Shown one piece after another: positions 34,847-42,279 of a stretch of 64,000 nucleotides of DNA. The stretch is from Candidatus Schekmanbacteria bacterium (GTDB taxonomy: Bacteria > CSSED10-310 > JACPHN01). Every line of letters starts with the position of its first letter. Position 1 is the first letter of the stretch. The stretch spans positions 150-64,149 of the forward strand of contig JACPHN010000192.1 in the NCBI GenBank assembly GCA_016188575.1. Reading direction: 5' to 3'. Position numbers and translations under genes: made by a program. The notes beneath the pieces were generated by a model. The model was not told the DNA's origin, did no database searches, and saw only the letters and a program-made list of their open reading frames with translations.

Positions 34847-36296
34847 GAGCGGGGAAAGCGAGTGATTTGACGGTGAGGGGGAGCAGCTCGCCGCCGAGCA
34901 AGCTCTGGCCGATGTCGACGAAATCGCCATCTTTTACATCGACTTCGTCGATCACGGCAAGCGCGCGCCCCGCAAGGGCGGGAGCGAGGAGCATGCCGAG
35001 CGCCTTGCCGACGTCGTGATAGCACAGGATGAGCAAGGGAAGCGGCGTCGCTCCGAGGTTGCTGCAGAAGCGAGCCAGAGCCGCGGCCACGTGTGCGATC
35101 ACCGCATACGTCCGCGGCATTTCGCGCGGCATGAAGAGCGCGTGCAGATCCCGGCCAAGATCGAGATCCGCGAGGCGAGCGCTGGCGCGGATCGGCAGCT
35201 CGAGGTCGGGCGCGGTGGTGCTCCAGTCGACGCGCGGGCACAAGACCGGCACGTTGCGGAGCGGCAGCGCCTGGCGTGGCATCCAGATCGTGTTGCCGCT
35301 GAGCCGCAGCGCATGCGCCCCGACGCCGATAACCGTCGCGCGCAGCGCGTGCGCTGGTCGCAGCACGCGGGCGGCGCGGAACCATGGATGGATCCGCAAC
35401 GCCGCCGCGAACAGCGGGCCGATATCGCCGAATGCAAAGGGATTGCCGCCAGTCAGCTCGGGCTCGTGGAAGCAGGCGCCCACGCCGCCCGACAGGAAAA
35501 TCGGCGCGTCCGGCGGCAGTGGCTCGCGCAGTGGCGCGGTGAGCATGAGCTTGCGGGCCAGCGCCGACAACGCGCCGCCGCGCAGGCACTGGGCGAGCAG
35601 CTCCGCCATGGTCGCGGCGACGCGCTGCAGATCGCCGCCGGTCAACGCGGCGGCGGGCGGCAGCGGCTCGCCGACGGTCCCGAGGCCGTCCCGAACGAGC
35701 ATGCGCGCCGGCTCACACAAGCGCTGCACGGCGCCTTGCGTATCCGTCTGGATGAGTCGGCCGCCGACGTTGAGGCAGACGGAGTCGTACGCTGCTCCAC
35801 TGCGAAAGACCGCGATGTTGGCGGTCCCTCCGCCGATGTCCACGTTGACCGCCGTCGTGAAGTGCCGCTCCGAGTAGGCTGCGCATCCCGACCCGCGACC
35901 CGCGAGGATGCCTTCGAGGTGCGGGCCGGCTGTCGCCACGACGAAATCGCCGAGCTCCGCGGACAGCCGCAGGAGCGCCTCGCGCGCGTTCCGTGCCTTC
36001 CAGCTCTCCCCGGTAATAATGACCGCGCCGGTTTCGACTGCGGCGGGAGCGAACCCGGCGCGCTCGTACTCGCGACCGATGAAGTCGCGCAGCCTCGCCA
36101 CGTCGATGCTCCCGTCGGGCAGCACCGGGGTAAGGTAGACGGGGCTCGCGTAGAGGATGGTGCGCGCGACGAACGCGTAGCGGGATACCTGATGAGCCGG
36201 CGCCGTGTTGCCCAGAGCGAGCCGCGAGAAGACGACCTTGGTCGTCGTGGTCCCGATGTCGATCCCGACGCTGACTATGGTGGCTTCGGAGGTCAT
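34818..36296 (-). CDS. eutA: Ethanolamine ammonia-lyase reactivating factor
   Basis: Start at MTSEATIVSVGIDIGTTTTKVVFS (ASKHA-type phosphate-1 motif). A second ..VNVDIGGGTANIAVF.. motif is present. 29-nt overlap with eutB. Confidence 0.9.
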   Translation of the reverse strand: MTSEATIVSVGIDIGTTTTKVVFSRLALGNTAPAHQVSRYAFVARTILYASPVYLTPVLPDGSIDVARLRDFIGREYERAGFAPAAVETGAVIITGESWKARNAREALLRLSAELGDFVVATAGPHLEGILAGRGSGCAAYSERHFTTAVNVDIGGGTANIAVFRSGAAYDSVCLNVGGRLIQTDTQGAVQRLCEPARMLVRDGLGTVGEPLPPAAALTGGDLQRVAATMAELLAQCLRGGALSALARKLMLTAPLREPLPPDAPIFLSGGVGACFHEPELTGGNPFAFGDIGPLFAAALRIHPWFRAARVLRPAHALRATVIGVGAHALRLSGNTIWMPRQALPLRNVPVLCPRVDWSTTAPDLELPIRASARLADLDLGRDLHALFMPREMPRTYAVIAHVAAALARFCSNLGATPLPLLILCYHDVGKALGMLLAPALAGRALAVIDEVDVKDGDFVDIGQSLLGGELLPLTVKSLAFPAHETTDIAFR

Positions 36297-36695
36297 GATT
36301 CGGTTTCCGCGCAAAGGCCGGATTTTCGCGCCGCGCGGCGGCCCGTGCAAGGGGGGCACCGCTCTTGAGAGATTGGGGAGAGGCCTCGGCCGCTCGGCTC
36401 TCGACCGGAACGTGAGAAAGCTACCACATGTTCGTCGCGCACGGAACCCGCCGGCCGCCCATCTCCTTGCGTCGCACCGACGGTTGGGCCTAGCCCTGCC
36501 CATTACCCGGATATGCTGCCGAGCCAATGACTCGGCGACTGAGTGGGCAACGAGGAGGAAACCAGAAACCGGATCGCCGACTCCTTATGTTGGTATATGC
36601 CAGCGGCGGGTGTAGTGATGTATGGAACGAACGCGTTGCCGCGCCCGATTCGGTTGTTCCGCGGCACTGCCTCCGGGAGTGCGATGCGAATTGCT

Positions 36696-36830
36696 CATCC
36701 ATTCGTCAGCCGGTCCGAAACCCCGCCCTTCAGGGCGGAATCGCCGCGGAACCGAGCGCAGCGAGGTCTAGGGCGGCGCCCGCCGCCGCAGGCGGTGGGA
36801 GGGTTCCCGCACCCCGGCCTAAAGGCCGGC
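36696..36830. repeat. Structured intergenic repeat, copy X2 (58-nt core, nested Y element, terminal hairpin)
   Basis: Core 36696-36753 matches 6035-6092. Then Y at 36748-36808, then ccggcctaaaggccgg (36814-36829), as in X1. Confidence 0.8.
36748..36808. repeat. Y mini-element, copy 2 (nested in X2)
   Basis: ggaaccgagcgcagcgaggtctagggcggcgcccgccgccgcaggcggtgggagggttccc. 58 of 61 positions are identical to copy 1, and one of the three changes sits at a stem pair and keeps it paired (G-U versus A-U). Confidence 0.8.
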
Positions 36831-37154
36831 ATCCATATTGGTCGAAGAGCGCGGCAGCGTGAACCGGTCACGACATCTCGGTCGTGATGCCGACCGAGGT
36901 GTGCGTAGGCAAGAGGTGCGCCATTTCCCATATTCCGCGTGGCACAATGACGCGGAGGGGACAAGAAACGGCGCCCCGTGGCGTAGGCCTCGTCGGTTCG
37001 ATCGCACCGGCACGCCCGCGGCATGAATCGCTTCATCCACGGAACACGAGGCTCCGGGACGGTACCAACCTTGGGAAAGGCCTCCAAGGACACCGGGCCG
37101 CCTGGCGTTTCCACAACTCTCGCCGCCGGCGTCACGTCTCCGGATACCTCGTCG

Positions 37155-37400
37155 AAACTCCCCGCTTCGGAGCACATAGCCGGCAGATAAGTACCCAAGC
37201 GTCGTATACGCCTCCCAGATTCGCTCGTGCCCCGGAGGCGGATCGCGCGTCCGATCCAGATAGCCGGCCAGGAGTGCCATCAGGCGCACCGCGTCCCCGA
37301 GTCGGTTCGGAGCTCGCAGCCCTCGCTCCTTCGCGTAGGCTTCGAGGACCGCGATCTCCAGGTCCGTAAACATCACATCCGCCGGCAGCTCGGGTGTTTC
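37155..37400 (-). pseudogene. C-terminal fragment of an IS4/Tn5-like transposase
   Basis: ..LPADVMFTDLEIAVLEAYAKERGLRAPNRLGDAVRLMALLAGYLDRTRDPPPGHERIWEAYTTLGYLSAGYVL resembles the Tn5-type C-terminal dimerisation region (..REAV.WIA.LGG.LGRK.DG.PG....W.G...L). There is no upstream catalytic part. Confidence 0.55.
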
Positions 37401-37466
37401 GCGGCCCAGCAGCTCATCAGCATGATGCGCCATGCGATCACCAGGTTGATCGCGATCGCTCGCTTC

Positions 37467-37748
37467 AGCAGCACCGTCATCGTGCACGGAGCCGACGTGG
37501 CGATCCGGCAGGCGTACCTCGCGACGGTCCTGCTCGTCGGCACGAGCCTCGCGTTCTTCCTGCTCGGAATGGCAGGCAAGCTCTACCTCGTCACTGCGAC
37601 AGGGCTCGGGCTCTGGCTCCTCCTCGAGGCACTCCCGGCGCGGGACATGCGGGAGGAGCAAGGGGCGCACAGGCTGTTCCGCGGCTCGCTCGTCTACCTC
37701 CCCGCCCTGTCGCTCGCGCTGATGCTCGACGCCGCCCTCGGGTTCTGA
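37467..37748 (+). pseudogene. 3' fragment of protoheme IX farnesyltransferase (heme O synthase, UbiA family)
   Basis: ..VAIRQAYLATVLLVGTSLAFFLLGMAGKLYLVTATGLGLWLLLEALPAR....AHRLFRGSLVYLPALSLALMLD aligns with the last ~90 aa of CyoE/CtaB as recalled. The N-terminal two-thirds is absent, and it abuts the transposase fragment. Confidence 0.5.
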
Positions 37749-38196
37749 CGCCGCCCGGCTCCGTGCGAGAAGCTCAGGACACACACCTTCACGTGCGCCT
37801 CGATCCGCCGCGCCCGGTAGCGATGAACCGGTGCGATCTCGCCTCGTCAAGCGCAGGATGACGTTCCACTTTCTGTTCCTGTTCTCTGCTCGGTCCCTCT
37901 GCTTCGACGTTCCCGATCTCCTTCCGCAGTCGAGATCCAAGCTCCACGATCCGCACTCCGAGTCCGCTCCGAGGATCTCGCACTCTGAACGCGCGATCGG
38001 GGATGCGGATCGCGATAGGAGATGAGGGTCGCGGCGGGAGAATCGGCACGTCGAGTCCGTTGCACAAGGCCCCCTTTCGAGCTCGTTCTGACACGTGCTA
38101 CATCACTATTGCGTTTCGAGAGCTCACTGATCGTACCGCGAGCGTGCCCTCCCCCTGAAGGTGAGGCCTTCGGCGGCAGCGGCGCCGGACGGAGGG

Positions 38197-38877
38197 CTAG
38201 TCGCGATCGACCAGCCGCAACCGCTGGACCTCCGACGTCCCCTGGAGCCCGCACACCGGGTAGAAGGTCCCGTCGGCGTCGAGTCGCAGGAAGTAGTCAG
38301 CTCCGGGGCTCAGCTCGAGATCGAGCCCCGCGCGCTCGGAAAGGAAGCGGTGAGGCCCGCCATTGAGCTCCGTGCGGAAGAACCGGCCGTCGTCTATCTT
38401 GGCGACTGTCTGACCATCGACGAGGACCTTGCGCGCCCCCCACGCTACCTTTGCATCCGACGAACCAGTACCGGCCTCAGGCTGCGGGTAGTAGATGGTC
38501 ACGCTGGCCTTGGGCGTTTCCCGCGGCGCCGGCAACGAATCGCCGGGGAGGTTCGCAGGCCACGTCACCTGTTCTGCAGGGACCAATCTCTGATCTTGCA
38601 GCCCCGCAGCGTACTTCAGCTTCTGCGTCTCGGCCATGCACTGGATCGGCGACACGCCGTACATGCGGCAGTGTCCCTTGATGGCACCGCTGAGCATCTC
38701 CACCGTCACGCAGTGAAACCCCTCCGGCGCGATAGAGAGGTCGAAGGCCTCCTTCTCCTGATCGGCCTGGAGGCGGTGTCGGCCCGCGGGCAGCTTGAGC
38801 TGCGCGTACGTTCCCCTCTCGAGGTCCCCGATCTTGACTCCGTCTGCGGCGATGCTAGGTCTCAGGAGTGCAGCCAT
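38197..38877 (-). CDS. DUF2846-like repeat protein (two domains); possibly the 3' part of a frameshifted gene
   Basis: Two units follow the pattern strand-Y/R...V.VDG..V..L..G.F....L..G.H.L (IAADGVKIGDLERGTYAQLKLPAGRHRL; KVLVDGQTVAKIDDGRFFRTELNGGPHRF). Confidence 0.55.
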   Translation of the reverse strand: MAALLRPSIAADGVKIGDLERGTYAQLKLPAGRHRLQADQEKEAFDLSIAPEGFHCVTVEMLSGAIKGHCRMYGVSPIQCMAETQKLKYAAGLQDQRLVPAEQVTWPANLPGDSLPAPRETPKASVTIYYPQPEAGTGSSDAKVAWGARKVLVDGQTVAKIDDGRFFRTELNGGPHRFLSERAGLDLELSPGADYFLRLDADGTFYPVCGLQGTSEVQRLRLVDRD

Positions 38878-39392
38878 TTCGGCGGCCGGCCGGAAACCGT
38901 CAGGGTGCCATCGCCGGCACCGGGCTCGGGAACCGCGGGCGGTACTTCCGCCAGATGGACCGACGTGGCCTCCTCGATGTCGCGCACTTCCTCGAGACGA
39001 GCGTACGCGCCCTCCGTCGAGCCCGTCTCCTCACAGACGGCCGTGAGGCGCTTCGAGGCGCTCATGACAGTATATCTAAGGGCGACCGACAGGTCGTACG
39101 TACGACCTCCCTCCAGATCGAGAGTGAACGACACGTCCATCCTCTCCGATCGGAAGTGGTGCTTCCCTGGCGATACCGCGAGCCGGACGAATGTGTCCTT
39201 CTTCAGCTTCACGATCTCCTTGGAATCGATGAAGACCGGCGCCTTCGTGAAGCCGAATCCTCCCAGTGTGTCGAACGGGAGCCGGTAGTAGATGAGCACC
39301 GTGGCAGTTTCCTGCGCCCGAGCCGCTTCGATGGAAGCAGTAGTGAGGAGGGTCGTTGCCACGAGGAATCCGACCGTGGACAGCCGCATCAT
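38862..39392 (-). CDS. DUF2846-like exported protein
   Basis: Signal peptide from MMRLSTVGFLVATTLLTTASIEAARA, then TVLIYYRLP...PVFIDSKEIVKLKKDTFVRLAVSPGKHHF. It overlaps the next ORF by 16 nt. Confidence 0.55.
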   Translation of the reverse strand: MMRLSTVGFLVATTLLTTASIEAARAQETATVLIYYRLPFDTLGGFGFTKAPVFIDSKEIVKLKKDTFVRLAVSPGKHHFRSERMDVSFTLDLEGGRTYDLSVALRYTVMSASKRLTAVCEETGSTEGAYARLEEVRDIEEATSVHLAEVPPAVPEPGAGDGTLTVSGRPPKWLHS

Positions 39393-39557
39393 GGGTGGTG
39401 TCGCCGGGTTTGATGGTGTCGTTCGCTTCGCCACTTGGGTCTGCGCTACCGGCATTCGAACGCTGATCGACGGGAGTGTCAACTCTCGGTTCCCGACCTC
39501 GGGAACGACCCTCGCTTCGCGAGACGGGGGCGAGGCGCAGCCCCATCGACAGCGGGT

Positions 39558-39665
39558 CTACTCGATACGGCGGACGGACAGGCGCGCCCACGGTCCCCGG
39601 GCATAGCGCCAGGCGAGGGCCGCCCCGAGCGCCGGCAAGCCCCACCTCCCAGGAAGCGACGCCAT
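39558..39665 (-). other. 35-codon ORF remnant related to the 3' end of ORF 40540..40722
   Basis: MASLPGRWGLPALGAALAWRYARGPWARLSVRRIE. The last ~20 codons match ..LGAILGWRYARGPWARLSDRDTT. On DNA, 39576-39633 versus 40558-40615 share about 50 of 58 positions. Confidence 0.4.
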
Positions 39666-39676
39666 TCCGGTGATAC

Positions 39677-39706
39677 TTGACCTGATCTCAAGACCAGGTC
39701 TATGAT
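39677..39706 (+). promoter_or_regulatory. Candidate sigma70-like promoter with overlapping palindromic operator for the antitoxin/toxin pair
   Basis: TTGACC (39677-39682), 18-nt spacer, TATGAT (39701-39706). The inverted repeat gacctg/caggtc (39679-39684 and 39695-39700) lies between the boxes. This would imply a near-leaderless start at the ATG at 39714. Confidence 0.3.
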
Positions 39707-39947
39707 GCAGGCCATGCGAGACATTCCGATTTCCGAGTTCAAGGCCAAGTGCATCGCGCTGATCAGGGAAACCCAGAAAACCGGTGAGGCTCTGACGATC
39801 ACCCACCGCGGGAGACCTGTAGCCCGGATCGAGCCGGTAGGTACGCCGGCACGCCCGCGTCGCCTCGGCGAGTTGCGCGAGCTCGGCGTGATCCATGGGG
39901 ACATCGTGCACATGGACTCCACGGAGGAGTGGGAGATGGAGCGCTAG
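39702..39947 (+). CDS. Type II antitoxin, Phd/YefM family
   Basis: ..IPISEFKAKCIALIRETQKTGEALTITHRGRPVARIEPV.. is the Phd/YefM N-terminal fold signature. It lies 6 nt upstream of the PIN toxin. Confidence 0.85.
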   Translation: MMQAMRDIPISEFKAKCIALIRETQKTGEALTITHRGRPVARIEPVGTPARPRRLGELRELGVIHGDIVHMDSTEEWEMER

Positions 39948-39953
39948 GCGGTC

Positions 39954-40352
39954 GTGTGGCTCCTCGACACGCACGTATGGCTCTGGTCCCAACTGGAACC
40001 CGAACGGCTCGGCGAAGGCACACGAGCGCTGTTGATGGACCAGTCCCAGCCGCTGGTCGTCGCCACGATCTCCACCCTGGAGATCGCCCGATTGGTGGCT
40101 CGGGGGCAGGTCACGCTGCGGGTGCCGGTTGGTGAGTGGGTCAGACGGTCCACGGAGCTCCTTGCCTTGCGCACCCTGGAGCTATCGCATGAGGTGGCAA
40201 TCGAGGCATACGCACTCCTCGATGCGTTCCATCGGGATCCAGCCGATCGGATCCTGGTCGCCACTTCCCGTATCCACGGACTGACGCTAGTGACGGCAGA
40301 CGAGCGCATCCTGGCCTACCCGCACGTGACCAGCCGGGATTCTCGGACCTAG
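39954..40352 (+). CDS. vapC: Type II toxin VapC (PIN-domain RNase)
   Basis: GTG start. LLDTHVWLW.. (Asp 1), ..ISTLEIA.. (Glu), ..HRDPADRILVATS.. (Asp) and ..LVTADERI (Asp) are the PIN acidic residues. Confidence 0.9.
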   Translation: MWLLDTHVWLWSQLEPERLGEGTRALLMDQSQPLVVATISTLEIARLVARGQVTLRVPVGEWVRRSTELLALRTLELSHEVAIEAYALLDAFHRDPADRILVATSRIHGLTLVTADERILAYPHVTSRDSRT

Positions 40353-40539
40353 CCTGCCGGCACCAGGCGCGGCCGATCCCGTAGCGCGCCATCCCGAGCT
40401 ACGGCACGAGATCCCGAGACACCCGACCTACCGCCCGAACCCCTGGTGCGGGTCGATCGTCACCACCGCCTCGAACACGACCGGGGCACCCGTTGCGCGA
40501 AGCAATGCAAGGAGTGCTGGCTCGTTCGTCTCCCCGAGG

Positions 40540-40722
40540 CTACGTCGTGTCTCGGTCGGAGAGGCGGGCCCACGGGCCCCGGGCGTAGCGCCAGCCAAGG
40601 ATCGCCCCGAGCGCCCAGATGAAGATGAGGCCGTCCGCCCAGGCAACGTAGAGACCGGGGAGCCCGAGCACCGTCCCGGTCCGCGGATCGAGAAGCAGGA
40701 AAAGCGCTGCGATCGGGAGCAC
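40540..40722 (-). other. Small hydrophobic ORF (60 codons, GTG start), possibly a remnant of a membrane-protein gene
   Basis: MLPIAALFLLLDPRTGTVLGLPGLYVAWADGLIFIWALGAILGWRYARGPWARLSDRDTT has two TM-like segments. Its tail is duplicated at 39558-39633. Confidence 0.3.
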
Positions 40723-40790
40723 GAGCAGGAGGCCGGTCTATAGGAGGTTGGTGCCGTTGCTGAGGCGCTGGCCACGATGCTGGCCCTGCT

Positions 40791-41030
40791 CGCCCGGTAC
40801 AGGCGCTCTTCGAGAAGATACTCGTCGTGCTGCTGCAGGGTCATGATGACCGAGAAGCCGCGTTCGACGAACCGGCATCCTTGCTCGCTGCGGGTGCCTT
40901 GGCAGAGCTTGCGAAAGATCACCAGGCCGCGCAGCGCCCGGTCGGCTTCGTTATTGGTGGACGCAATCCCCTCGTCCCCGAGGAAACGCAACAGATGCGG
41001 CTGGTTAGGGATTTCGCAGGGGCACGACAT
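40791..41030 (-). pseudogene. C-terminal fragment of an IS66-family-type transposase
   Basis: ..LLRFLGDEGIASTNNEADRALRGLVIFRKLCQGTRSEQGCRFVERGFSVIMTLQQ matches the conserved ..F....v.pTNN.AERALR..V..RK...GT.SE.G.RFVER..... tail. Everything upstream is missing. Confidence 0.55.
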
Positions 41031-41223
41031 ACCCCCATGGATAGCACGATGAGCAAAGAGTCGCCCGTGTCATCGCGCCACCGTCAAGTATTCTCGCCCA
41101 CAGACAATCCGAGGTGCGGGGGGAGGGAGGGTAAACACATACCTTGATAAGTCGGGTGTGGACCAATCGGGAGGAGCCGTGGGCGACGGTGAGATCGGCG
41201 TTGCGCGATGCGGGCCTGGAGAT

Positions 41224-41343
41224 ATGTTTCTGCGTGCACATCGCCGCAAGCGAGGCGACACGAGAGGCGAGCGCCTACGGTGGAAAACCTCCGTGAACCG
41301 ACTCCGTGGCGTTCGCGCTGGGTCCGCGGCAGTATCCCTCTAG
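41224..41343 (+). pseudogene. Possible N-terminal stub of an IS1634/IS4-type transposase
   Basis: MFLRAHRRKRGDTRGERLRWKTSVNRLRGV.. recalls the MFLR..RRKKDGK.H.YWS.VE..R...GRVVQ start of that family. It is cut off at the next gene after 39 codons. Weak. Confidence 0.3.
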
Positions 41344-42278
41344 CGCCCGCGCGCGACTTCGCGGCAAAGGCGATCGAAGACGTCCGCGGCCTCGGCGCCC
41401 GAGACGAGGTCCGTCAGCCCGACGGTGCCGTCGGGCCGCAGATCCGCGAGGCCAGAACCCAACGCCCGCGCGATCTCCGCCGGATAGTAGCCGAGCACCG
41501 GGCGCTGGGTCTCGGCGGCGACCGCCGCATCCCCCGTCGCCGCCGCTGGCGCGACCGACGCCGCCGCGTCCGACACCGCCGCGTCCGGCGCCGCCAGCGC
41601 CGACAAGATCGACGCCAGCCGCGCATCGCGTCCCGCCGCGTCCAGCACGCGCACCATGCTCAACAGCATCGACCCGCGTTCGAGAGGTTCCTCCGGGCCG
41701 AGCGCAAGCGGCGACATCGGCTCCAACCACCCGCGGGTGACGACGCGCAGCATTGCCCGCTCGCTCCAGTGGCCCGCCACATCGGCCCACCGTTCGGCAC
41801 TTGCGGCGGTCCCCGCCTCCGCCGCGCGGGCCTCTAGCATGGTAAGCTCCACCAGGAGCTCAGCGAGATCGGCTCTCCGCAGCGACGGCAGCAGCGCGAT
41901 CATTCTCCGGGCCTCGCGCAGCCGCGCGGCCGGGCTCTCCCGGGGCGCAGCATCTACCGCGGCGAGCTGCCAGGCGTAGGCGGCCTCGGCGACGCGCATC
42001 GCCAGCAGCTCGCGCAGCGCGAGCAGCTCGGGATCGCCGGCGTGCAGAGCCAGTGCGTCATCGAGCACGCCACGTGCCTCGGAGAGCGCGCCGCGACTCA
42101 AGAGGTCGCGGGCTTCCGCACGGCTCGCCGCCAGCGCTATCAGCTCCGCCTGCTCCTGCGCCGCGGCCATCGCGTTCCGGGGCAGCGCTCCGGGGGGGCG
42201 CAGAGCGCACCCGAACCCCGCCGCCGCCACCGCCGCGGACAGGTCAATAATCAAGAAGGCGCGCGCCAGGTGCGTCAT
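41340..42278 (-). CDS. Hypothetical Ala-rich lipoprotein
   Basis: Lipobox-like AAAGFGC near the N-terminus. Helical, Ala/Leu/Arg-rich body. It lies 1 nt downstream of miaA. No family recognised. Confidence 0.5.
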   Translation of the reverse strand: MTHLARAFLIIDLSAAVAAAGFGCALRPPGALPRNAMAAAQEQAELIALAASRAEARDLLSRGALSEARGVLDDALALHAGDPELLALRELLAMRVAEAAYAWQLAAVDAAPRESPAARLREARRMIALLPSLRRADLAELLVELTMLEARAAEAGTAASAERWADVAGHWSERAMLRVVTRGWLEPMSPLALGPEEPLERGSMLLSMVRVLDAAGRDARLASILSALAAPDAAVSDAAASVAPAAATGDAAVAAETQRPVLGYYPAEIARALGSGLADLRPDGTVGLTDLVSGAEAADVFDRLCREVARGR

Positions 42279-42279
42279 T

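Noticed and set aside
36297-36700. Possible AdoCbl (cobalamin) riboswitch in the eutA leader.
   Set aside because: I could not find the B12-box-like consensus or the GCCACTG-type core on the minus strand. The only weak resemblance (cgcggcactgcc) is on the wrong strand. A cmscan is needed to be sure.
37750-38196. Possible gene or integrase remnant between the heme O synthase stub and the DUF2846-like genes.
   Set aside because: All six frames give short, compositionally odd ORFs with no motif I recognise. I left it unannotated.
40428-40540. C-terminal-looking peptide ..ETNEPALLALLRATGAPVVFEAVVTIDPHQGFGR* in the same tracked ORF as the IS66 stub.
   Set aside because: It looks like real coding sequence from some truncated gene, but it is too short and I cannot assign a family. 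It is not reported as a feature.
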